Source: Octopus vulgaris (taxonomy: Eukaryota). From it: 64,000 nt of DNA. The DNA lies in assembly GCA_951406725.2 (NCBI GenBank), contig OX597814.1, positions 147,126,001 through 147,190,000 on the forward strand. Reading direction: 5' to 3'. The notes under the pieces were generated by a model. It was not told where the DNA came from. It saw only the letters and a program-made list of their open reading frames with translations, and ran no database searches. Position 1 is the first letter of the stretch, and every line of letters starts with the position of its first letter. Shown piece by piece: positions 41,865 through 52,466 of this stretch. The position numbers were made by a program, and so were the translations under genes.

Positions 41865-42075
41865 AATGTGACCGCGTGTGCACCGTTGGCGATTTTTTTA
41901 CTCCGTCTTCCCTTCCTTGAATCTTTCCTTTTCCTATGTTTCTAACGAAGAGCTCCGCTCGAAACGTTAATTCCTCCTTCTTTCTTTCCTTTCCTGACCG
42001 TCCAATAACACTATACTTGTTCCACGTCCTTGCGTTGTTGTGTTTTCTCTTTGTGTTTTTATGTTTGGATTAACT
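41865..42075 (+). mobile_element. Penelope-type terminal fragment with degenerate minimal hammerhead-like motif
   Basis: Homologous to 52467-52672 (inverted). GTTT CTAACGA A GAGC-TCC-GCTC GAAA CGTT at 41938-41968. Ends in (TA)n. Confidence 0.7.
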
Positions 42076-42078
42076 ATA

Positions 42079-42161
<83 letters not shown>

Positions 42162-42701
42162 TTTCTTCTAACTTTTTTTCATCATTTACTCGTTTCAGCT
42201 TGAGAATTACAGCGATACTGGGGCCGTAGGCTTCGCTAACCTTTCACTACTTTAAAAGTATATGCCATTTAGTGAATGAGGAAGTATGCTGTTGCTTCAC
42301 TTCGTCTCCATTTCCTCTTATTAGTTGCCTTCAACCGGAACACTTGACAGGTGGTGATTTAGTTTTGTTTTGAACATATCTACATCCATCCCACGTCAGA
42401 CTCTCAATCATCTGAGAAGGATATTAAAGACATGTGGGTCTTTGAAACACAAGCTGTTGCAACATCTGGTCTTGCATCTTGATAGAAAGGTTACGATCGT
42501 TGATAATATGCAGTGACGCCTTTTCTGCTGTTTGTACAACAATTTCACTACATAAATGTGATGATTACAAAACATGAAAATACTAGTTTATTTTAAAATT
42601 GTAAAACTGTGAAAATTTCAAATACTATAGCGTGGAAACCAGATTTATTTGGAACTTCAGTGATTAGTATTTTCTTTTGTACACAATCATACAAACTCGG
42701 A

Positions 42702-42739
<38 letters not shown>

Positions 42740-42741
42740 CA

Positions 42742-42825
<84 letters not shown>

Positions 42826-43082
42826 GATCGATCGATCAATCTATCAATCGATCAATCAATCTATCAGTCTGCCTATCTGCCTATCTGTCTATCTATCTCT
42901 ATCTATCTATATGTATACGTATATATATATATATATATATATACACAGTTATGATATATTCTCGTAAGAACTTAATAGAGTACAGTTTCAAACTATGCTC
43001 AACCGTATTCTTGTTGACTTAAATTTTTTTAAATACTCTCACACCACATACACACTCACACACACACACACTCACAAACACA

Positions 43083-43142
<60 letters not shown>

Positions 43143-43187
43143 ATGATAAATCTCAGAGCGAGTTATAAACAGTAGCGGTAACACACC

Positions 43188-43456
43188 GTGACGTATATTT
43201 GCCATTCAAATATGGCTAACCCTAAGGGTGGATGCTAGTGTAGTTTGTAGCCCTAGGATGACACCTCCTCCAGCTGGCTATAGACACACATTCTGTGCCC
43301 TATCAGTATTTGTGAAGGGAAGTCCCTTCACAAATACTGATAGGGCACAGAATGTGTGTCTATAGCCAGCTGGAGGAGGTGTCATCCTGGGGCTACTTAC
43401 TACAGTAGCATCCACCCTTAGGGGTTAGCCATATTCGAATGGCAAATATACGTCAC
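43188..43456. repeat. ~133-bp inverted repeat with 2-nt spacer, in a TA-flanked insertion (43142-43456)
   Basis: 43188-43320 mirrors 43323-43456. The inner ~65 bp are perfect and there are a few outer mismatches. Confidence 0.93.
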
Positions 43457-43916
43457 TATATATATATATATATATATACTTATATACCTAGTGTACATAT
43501 CTAAACTATCAGTTTCTACCAGAGTTGCAAGTATGGCATCTCAAGCAAGTGTACGTTCTCAAGCAAGAGTAAAGAACATTTAACCAAGAAGCTGACGTAT
43601 GAGATTTATTTCGGACAAGTAGTTGTGAAGCGAACTTCTTATCTTATCACAACTACACTTGCGTCTTCATTCATAATTTTTACTTCATATGTTGTAAATA
43701 TTTGTATTAGTTTCCCGATATTATTTACACGATATATTTGCAAACCCGCAGCAAGATAATTTTCTCATTGCACATGATCAGTATCTCAGTGTAATCGTAA
43801 GAAATATAATCTTCCTTCGGCATCATTTGCGCAGTGTACTCCGAATGCATTCATTAATTTTCTTGTTTTCCTGTTCAATCTTGCTAATTCGCTTAGCTTC
43901 TAGTAAATATTAATAT

Positions 43917-44004
<88 letters not shown>

Positions 44005-45655
44005 TATTATGATGATGATGATGATTTTCCTTCTTTTTCTTCTTTTATTATTATTATTATTATTGCTTTGTGAAACTTCCAAAGTATTGATCATTATTAC
44101 GTTATTTGTGCCTTACAGTCAGTTTTATGTTGGTATTCAATGCCTTGTATATTTATCCTCAATGTGGTTTTTCGTTGTTGTTTTTGTTGCATGATTTCCT
44201 ATCTAGTTCAGTATTTTCAATGTAATTTTTAAAATCTAATTTTAATAAATTACTAATCGTCTTATCCATATATCAGTTATTTTATCTAACACATGTTTGG
44301 ATTCTTTTATCGATAATATTCTCCTCCATATGTTTAGCGTATAGCAGTTTTGTTAAACAGATTCCATGGTAGTTGTATTACTGATTCCACAGAATATGAT
44401 TTATCTTATTGGAATGTCTACTTATTCTTTTCTTACGTGCAGCACACAACTCCATAATTATGGAGTTATCCATAATTTCAAACCATCGATCGCTGTTTTC
44501 TCCAAAAACCTAACTTCTGATCTTATTGTTATATTGTTTAATGTTATTGAAGCCACGTTTAATACAGAATATAGAAGGATACTTAGAGAATTTGTCTTCT
44601 GCACCTGAATACGGTTTTGGAGTTGAGCCATTGTCCTTTACGTTATTAATGGATTTGTGGTTTAGTATACTGTAAACGTGCAAGAAGTGGTTACAAACAT
44701 TACCTTCATTTACTCCTGTGCGTAATAAAATTGTTTTTCTCTTTCCTTTTTATACTATTTCGACGTGTTTGTATGTTTGTATATATGTGAGTGTGAGTAT
44801 ATATATATATATATATAGTGAGCTACTTTTTCTATTGTTATTTCTTTCCATAATTGTTCACGTGCTGCACCTCCTTGAATAGTTTTAAGAAAATACAACT
44901 TTCTTTTGTCACTACTGTGGCTGCTCTCCTAGATTAATTGATTTATCTTGGTGATATTGTTGTTTGCATTTATCTATTTTCACGATGTCTACGGTGACTA
45001 TGTTTATGTTTTTTAAAGTTGTTCCTACATTATCGTTATATGTTATCTCTGGGAGACACTTTTGTCGATATGTAGAATGATATTCTATCGATTTTAACGT
45101 TTTAACTATTTACACCTTTATATTTTCAACATATTCGACATTTTCAGCTCTACGAAAGTTGATATTCTTAAATCTTTCTCATATTTACTTTTATTCGCAT
45201 TCTACATTATGTCGTCGTAGTTCCGCTTTTGTTACTTATTAAGCTCTAGGTATGCTATTATTTGATTTTATCTCGTGAATCTTGCTGTTTGCATTGGAAG
45301 TAATGGGAAACATACTGTTGCCTGCGATTTTCATCAAAATCTGATACATTGTATCTTTGTTGGAATTTAGATTATTCTTAATATCGATCTATAGCCATTG
45401 CAATAAATAATAGAGTGTCATACATTCTATTTAGTTTACAACAGGAATCTTCTGATAATCCGAATTCTCGCACAAAGGACTTTTCTGAACACAATTTTGC
45501 GTTGTCATTCTGCACAAAATTTCTTCTTCAACCGGTCCCTTTCGCCTTATGAATGTGCACACGATTGACACGATCTTAAAATTTTATATCGTATTTTATT
45601 TGCAGCCATTTCAGACGCTAGCTCTATGTTCTATTACCTTATTGGTGCAGGTCAA

Positions 45656-45707
<52 letters not shown>

Positions 45708-45710
<3 letters not shown>

Positions 45711-47762
45711 CAAATATTCTCTAATTTCACTGGTCCCACTCCTGAACTATATGGTCGTTATATTGACGACATTATCGGTGCCACCTCACTCTCCCGCGAA
45801 CATCTAGATTCATTCCTCTCTTTCGTCCAATCTTTCCATCCAGCCCTCCACTTCACTTCCACTATCTCCAACACCTCTGTCTCCTTCCTCGACATTTCGG
45901 TTAGCATTCTTCACTCCACTCTTACCACCTCCATTCACTACAAACACACAGACTCACACTCATACCTCAACTTCTCTTCCTCCCACCCAGAACACACCAA
46001 GCTTTCCATCCCCTATTCCCAATTCCTCCGTCTACGTAGGCTCTGTAGTGACGACCATGACTTTGAGACTCAGTCTCAACGTATGGCTCACCACTTCACC
46101 CTACGTGGATACCCCCTCACCACTATCCACACCGCCCTTGCCAGAGCACGGTCCGTGGACCGTGTATCTGCTCTCTCTCCCCGAACCCGCCCTGTAGTCT
46201 CCCGCCTCCCTTTTCCCCTCACTTACCACCCCACGACCCTACGTCTCCAACGCACCATTCTTCGAGCTTCCCGTCATCTCCAGTCCGACCCGTCCACTTC
46301 ACACCTCTTCCTAACCGACCCCTCCCCTCTTTCAAACGAGCCCACAACCTTCGAGACCTTTTGGTCCATAGCTCCTGACCCTACCTCCCAACCCGGCTCG
46401 TTCCCCTGCTCCCGCCCACGTTGCCGCACTTGCCCTTACCTCTCCAACACCACCCGCCTCACTATCACCCACCATCGACCCTATCCCATCATCCACTCCT
46501 TCACCTGCACCTCCAGCAATATTATCTATTGCATCTCTTGCTCTCTCTGCAATTCCTTGTATATCGGACAAACGGGACGCCGCTTGGCTGACCGGTTCGC
46601 GGAACACCTTCGTGACATCCACCTTGCGAACGACACACCGGTCTCACGCCATTTCCGCTCCACCGGTCACTCCTTGCAACACCTATCTGTGTTCGGTTTG
46701 TCCTTACACAGAGGCCATCCGGATTCCCGTTTGCCCCGTGAACAGGAATTAATCTTCTCTCTTCGCTCTTATACGCCATTTGGTCTCAACTCTCCCCCCT
46801 CCTCATCTAACCCCCCTCTCCCCCTCCTCACCTATCCTTTCTCCCCCGACCCCTACTTCTACAGTCCTTCATCCTTTCACCCCTACTCCCCTTCCCTTCT
46901 TCCCTCTTTCTCCCTCCCTCTTCCCCTTCCCTCTGCTCCCTCACTCCCTCTCTCCCTCTTTCCTCCTTCATCCCCCTCCTCCCCTTCCTTCTCCCCCATC
47001 CTCTCCTCTTCCCCCTTCTCCTCCCCCTCTTCTTCCCCTCGCCTTCTCTCCCCCCTCTTCTCCCCCTCCCCCTCTTCTCCTCACTACACCACATGACTTT
47101 ACACATCACATCACATGATGTGCCATACTAATACACACACCAACTAATACATACTAATACGTACTAATACATACCAGTACATACTAATACTTACACCAAC
47201 CCTATACATACACACGTCCAGACCCCGCATACGCACTTATACTCTCTCTCACACACACACACACACCTATACATACCAATACGTACTAATACATACTAAT
47301 ACATACTAATACATACACCAACCCCATACATACGCACGTCCAGACCAATCTTACGCACTAATACTCTCTAATACACACACACACACACCCTTATACATAC
47401 TAATACATACACCAACCCTATACATACACACATCCAGACCCCTCCCACGCACTTTTAGCTGGTCCCTCAACCCTTTTATCAACCCTATTATCTCCCCTTA
47501 TTTCGCTCTCGCGTCTCATGTTTGATCTTTGACCTCTGGCCGAAATCAGATCGCCATGTTGATTCGTTAGCTACTGCACGCATTTTTTTTCTCTCCTTCT
47601 TTCTGTGTTTTTCTCTCTCTGTGTATCTTTCTGTTTAAGAGCGTAGGCTCGAAACGTTAAAGACTTGTTTTATTTATATTTCCTGAGCGCCATACTAATA
47701 CAATTGTTCGTTTGTTTTCCACCTGCCTTCGTCTTTTGTTTATTTTCATAAAGCTTCCCGTT
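45708..47762 (+). mobile_element. 5'-truncated Penelope-like element (Neptune-like: Cys linker + GIY-YIG) in a (TA)n tract
   Basis: Motifs RYIDDI, SFLDI, YKHTDSHSYL, SIPYSQFLRLRRLC, CSRPRCRTCP, IIYCISC..C..LYIGQT.R.L..RF.EH and PFGLN. The 3' region has a polypyrimidine tract, ~100-120-bp imperfect repeats and a terminal segment with a hammerhead-like motif at 47626-47663. Confidence 0.92.
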
Positions 47763-47903
47763 ATATATATATATATATATATCACAATCAAGGAACGGCC
47801 ATAATAGGCCATTCACCCACTAGAAATAACAGCCAAAAGCTTTAACCGCAAAATAACATTAATTCCGTAAACCAGGAGAAAATTGAAAAAATTTTACCCT
47901 GTA

Positions 47904-48010
47904 ATTTCTTAGACGATGCACCGTTTCATCTACCGTTTAATGGTAAACTAACCTGATTAAATTAAATCAAGCCAATCCACCATAGGCCCTTAGACTCATC
48001 AGTAAGAAAT
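47904..48010 (-). ncRNA. Type I hammerhead ribozyme
   Basis: Reverse complement of the 49657-49763 motif. Predicted cleavage 3' of C at 47912. Confidence 0.88.
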
Positions 48011-48394
48011 AGCCAAGTCGGAACAGATATTTTTCACGAGGCATTCCTCTTGCTACCTCGGCAATATCTGACCTAAAATTTTCAAATCGTCGCACTCGCG
48101 CCAAATTTATCGGCAGCAAATAAATATAAGCCACCGATTCCATTACGGAACTAACCAGAAAATTCATAATTAATCAATATAGGGTGGCAAAAAAAATTTT
48201 GTAGAATTCTTTTGCCACCAGCGGCCTAGTAGGAAAAAATTAAATAGTCATAAACCATTTTTACGTTCAACATCACAATCAAGGAACGGCCATAATAGGC
48301 CATTCACCCACTAGAAATAACAGCCAAAAGCTTTAACCGCAAAATAACATTAATTCCGTAAACCAGGAGAAAATTGAAAAACTTTTACCCTGTA

Positions 48395-48501
48395 ATTTCT
48401 TAGACGATGCACCGTTTCATCTACCGTTTAATGGTAAACTAACCTGATTAAATTAAATCAAGCCAATCCACCATAGGCCCTTAGACTCATCAGTAAGAAA
48501 T
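48395..48501 (-). ncRNA. Type I hammerhead ribozyme
   Basis: Identical copy. Cleavage C at 48403. Confidence 0.88.
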
Positions 48502-48885
48502 AGCCAAGTCGGAACAGATATTTTTCACGAGGCATTCCTCTTGCTACCTCGGCAATATCTGACCTAAAATTTTCAAATCGTCGCACTCGCGCCAAATTTA
48601 TCGGCAGCAAATAAATATAAGCCACCGATTCCATTACGGAACTAACCAGAAAATTCATAATTAATCAATATAGGGTGGCAAAAAAAAATTTTGTAGAATT
48701 CTTTTGCCACCAGCGGCCTAGTAGGAAAAATTAAATAGTCATAAACCATTTTTACGTTCAACATCACAATCAAGGAACGGCCATAATAGGCCATTCACCC
48801 ACTAGAAATAACAGCCAAAAGCTTTAACCGCAAAATAACATTAATTCCGTAAACCAGGAGAAAATTGAAAAACTTTTACCCTGTA

Positions 48886-48992
48886 ATTTCTTAGACGATG
48901 CACCGTTTCATCTACCGTTTAATGGTAAACTAACCTGATTAAATTAAATCAAGCCAATCCACCATAGGCCCTTAGACTCATCAGTAAGAAAT
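48886..48992 (-). ncRNA. Type I hammerhead ribozyme
   Basis: Identical copy. Cleavage C at 48894. A 3'-half-only copy follows at 49377-49428. Confidence 0.88.
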
Positions 48993-49656
48993 AGCCAAGT
49001 CGGAACAGATATTTTTCACGAGGCATTCCTCTTGCTACCTCGGCAATATCTGACCTAAAATTTTCAAATCGTCGCACTCGCGCCAAATTTATCGGCAGCA
49101 AATAAATATAAGCCACCGATTCCATTACGGAACTAACCAGAAAATTCATAATTAATCAATATAGGGTGGCAAAAAAAATTTTGTAGAATTCTTTTGCCAC
49201 CAGCGGCCTAGTAGGAAAAAATTATATAGTCATAAACCATTTTTACGTTCAACATCACAATCAAGGAACGGCCATAATAGGCCATTCACCCACTAGAAAT
49301 AACAGCCAAAAGCTTTAACCGCAAAATAACATTAATTCCGTAAACCAGGAGAAAATTGAAAAACTTTTACCCTGTAATTTCTTAGACGATGCACCGTTTC
49401 ATCTACCGTTTAATGGTAAACTAACCTGTTTCCTACTAGGCCGCTGGTGGCAAAAGAATTCTACAAAATTTTTTTTTTGCCACCCTATATTGATTAATTA
49501 TGAATTTTCTGGTTAGTTCCGTAATGGAATCGGTGGCTTATATTTATTTGCTGCCGATAAATTTGGCGCGAGTGCGACGATTTGAAAATTTTAGGTCAGA
49601 TATTGCCGAGGTAGCAAGAGGAATGCCTCGTGAAAAATATCTGTTCCGACTTGGCT

Positions 49657-49763
49657 ATTTCTTACTGATGAGTCTAAGGGCCTATGGTGGATTGGCTTGA
49701 TTTAATTTAATCAGGTTAGTTTACCATTAAACGGTAGATGAAACGGTGCATCGTCTAAGAAAT
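49657..49763 (+). ncRNA. Type I hammerhead ribozyme
   Basis: Stem I ATTTCTTA (49657-64)/TAAGAAAT (49756-63); CTGATGA (49665-71); stem II GTCTA/TAGAT with a long extension; GAAA (49740-43); stem III CGG-TGCA-TCG; GTC cleavage triplet ending at 49755. Confidence 0.9.
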
Positions 49764-50147
49764 TACAGGGTAAAAGTTTTTCAATTTTCTCCTGGTTTAC
49801 GGAATTAATGTTATTTTGCGGTTAAAGCTTTTGGCTGTTATTTCTAGTGGGTGAATGGCCTATTATGGCCGTTCCTTGATTGTGATGTTGAACGTAAAAA
49901 TGGTTTATGACTATTTAATTTTTTCCTACTGGCCGCTGGTGGCAAAAGAATTCTACAAAATTTTTTTTTGCCACCCTATATTGATTAATTATGAATTTTC
50001 TGGTTAGTTCCGTAATGGAATCGGTGGCTTATATTTATTTGCTGCCGATAAATTTGGCGCGAGTGCGACGATTTGAAAATTTTAGGTCAGATATTGCCGA
50101 GGTAGCAAGAGGAATGCCTCGTGAAAAATATCTGTTCCGACTTGGCT

Positions 50148-50254
50148 ATTTCTTACTGATGAGTCTAAGGGCCTATGGTGGATTGGCTTGATTTAATTTA
50201 ATCAGGTTAGTTTACCATTAAACGGTAGATGAAACGGTGCATCGTCTAAGAAAT
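50148..50254 (+). ncRNA. Type I hammerhead ribozyme
   Basis: Identical copy. Cleavage after 50246. Confidence 0.88.
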
Positions 50255-50638
50255 TACAGGGTAAAAGTTTTTCAATTTTCTCCTGGTTTACGGAATTAAT
50301 GTTATTTTGCGGTTAAAGCTTTTGGCTGTTATTTCTAGTGGGTGAATGGCCTATTATGGCCGTTCCTTGATTGTGATGTTGAACGTAAAAATGGTTTATG
50401 ACTATTTAATTTTTTCCTACTAGGCCGCTGGTGGCAAAAGAATTCTACAAAATTTTTTTTGCCACCCTATATTGATTAATTATGAATTTTCTGGTTAGTT
50501 CCGTAATGGAATCGGTGGCTTATATTTATTTGCTGCCGATAAATTTGGCGCGAGTGCGACGATTTGAAAATTTTAGGTCAGATATTGCCGAGGTAGCAAG
50601 AGGAATGCCTCGTGAAAAATATCTGTTCCGACTTGGCT

Positions 50639-50745
50639 ATTTCTTACTGATGAGTCTAAGGGCCTATGGTGGATTGGCTTGATTTAATTTAATCAGGTTA
50701 GTTTACCATTAAACGGTAGATGAAACGGTGCATCGTCTAAGAAAT
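50639..50745 (+). ncRNA. Type I hammerhead ribozyme
   Basis: Identical copy. Cleavage after 50737. Confidence 0.88.
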
Positions 50746-51128
50746 TACAGGGTAAAGTTTTTCAATTTTCTCCTGGTTTACGGAATTAATGTTATTTTGC
50801 GGTTAAAGCTTTTGGCTGTTATTTCTAGTGGGTGAATGGCCTATTATGGCCGTTCCTTGATTGTGATGTTGAACGTAAAAATGGTTTATGACTATTTAAT
50901 TTTTTCCTACTAGGCCGCTGGTGGCAAAAGAATTCTACAAAATTTTTTTTGCCACCCTATATTGATTAATTATGAATTTTCTGGTTAGTTCCGTAATGGA
51001 ATCGGTGGCTTATATTTATTTGCTGCCGATAAATTTGGCGCGAGTGCGACGATTTGAAAATTTTAGGTCAGATATTGCCGAGGTAGCAAGAGGAATGCCT
51101 CGTGAAAAATATCTGTTCCGACTTGGCT

Positions 51129-51235
51129 ATTTCTTACTGATGAGTCTAAGGGCCTATGGTGGATTGGCTTGATTTAATTTAATCAGGTTAGTTTACCATT
51201 AAACGGTAGATGAAACGGTGCATCGTCTAAGAAAT
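51129..51235 (+). ncRNA. Type I hammerhead ribozyme
   Basis: Identical copy. Cleavage after 51227. Confidence 0.88.
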
Positions 51236-51620
51236 TACAGGGTAAAAGTTTTTCAATTTTCTCCTGGTTTACGGAATTAATGTTATTTTTGGTTAAAGCT
51301 TTTGGCTGTTATTTCTAGTGGGTGAATGGCCTATTATGGCCGTTCCTTGATTGTGATGTTGAACGTAAAAATGGTTTATGACTATTTAATTTTTTTCCTA
51401 CTAGGCCGCTGGTGGCAAAAGAATTCTACAAAATTTTTTTTTGCCACCCTATATTGATTAATTATGAATTTTCTGGTTAGTTCCGTAATGGAATCGGTGG
51501 CTTATATTTATTTGCTGCCGATAAATTTGGCGCGAGTGCGACGATTTGAAAATTTTAGGTCAGATATTGCCGAGGTAGCAAGAGGAATGCCTCGTGAAAA
51601 ATATCTGTTCCGACTTGGCT

Positions 51621-51727
51621 ATTTCTTACTGATGAGTCTAAGGGCCTATGGTGGATTGGCTTGATTTAATTTAATCAGGTTAGTTTACCATTAAACGGTA
51701 GATGAAACGGTGCATCGTCTAAGAAAT
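51621..51727 (+). ncRNA. Type I hammerhead ribozyme
   Basis: Identical copy. Cleavage after 51719. Confidence 0.88.
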
Positions 51728-52111
51728 TACAGGGTAAAATTTTTTCAATTTTCTCCTGGTTTACGGAATTAATGTTATTTTGCGGTTAAAGCTTTTGGCT
51801 GTTATTTCTAGTGGGTGAATGGCCTATTATGGCCGTTCCTTGATTGTGATGTTGAACGTAAAAATGGTTTATGACTATTTAATTTTTTCCTACTAGGCCG
51901 CTGGTGGCAAAAGAATTCTACAAAATTTTTTTTGCCACCCTATATTGATTAATTATGAATTTTCTGGTTAGTTCCGTAATGGAATCGGTGGCTTATATTT
52001 ATTTGCTGCCGATAAATTTGGCGCGAGTGCGACGATTTGAAAATTTTAGGTCAGATATTGCCGAGGTAGCAAGAGGAATGCCTCGTGAAAAATATCTGTT
52101 CCGACTTGGCT

Positions 52112-52218
52112 ATTTCTTACTGATGAGTCTAAGGGCCTATGGTGGATTGGCTTGATTTAATTTAATCAGGTTAGTTTACCATTAAACGGTAGATGAAACG
52201 GTGCATCGTCTAAGAAAT
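52112..52218 (+). ncRNA. Type I hammerhead ribozyme
   Basis: Identical copy. Cleavage after 52210. Confidence 0.88.
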
Positions 52219-52466
52219 TACAGGGTAAAAGTTTTTCAATTTTCTCCTGGTTTACGGAATTAATGTTATTTTGCGGTTAAAGCTTTTGGCTGTTATTTCT
52301 AGTGGGTGAATGGCCTATTATGGCCGTTCCTTGATTGTGATGTTGAACGTAAAAATGGTTTATGACTATTTAATTTTTTCCTACTAGGCCGCTGGTGGCA
52401 AAAGAATTCTACAAAATTTTTTTTGCCACCCTATATTGATTAATTATATATATATATATATATATA

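Larger units (their letters stand above)
47781..52447. mobile_element. Putative non-LTR retrozyme: ~491-bp tandem array in two divergent inverted arms
   Basis: Left arm 47781-49428 (~3.4 units, ribozyme on -) and right arm 49429-52447 (~6.1 units, ribozyme on +). Copies differ mostly in homopolymer length. (TA)n lies on both sides, and there is one hammerhead per full unit. Confidence 0.88.

Noticed and set aside
47781-48271. Second (antisense) ribozyme, as in ambisense viroid-like RNAs
   Set aside because: By eye the opposite strand has only CTGATTA and CTGACCT, with no CUGANGA/GAAA pair. Other ribozyme classes were not excluded without a covariance search.
49500-49700. 66-aa ORF (MNFLVSSV...) repeated nine times
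   Set aside because: Identity only reflects DNA repeat identity. It has no recognisable motif and overlaps hairpins and the ribozyme core, so RNA structure explains the unit better. Ribosome profiling would be needed to revive it.
47781-52447. CRISPR array, rDNA/5S/snRNA cluster or telomeric repeat
   Set aside because: There are no variable spacers, no recognisable rRNA or snRNA sequence, and the context is eukaryotic.
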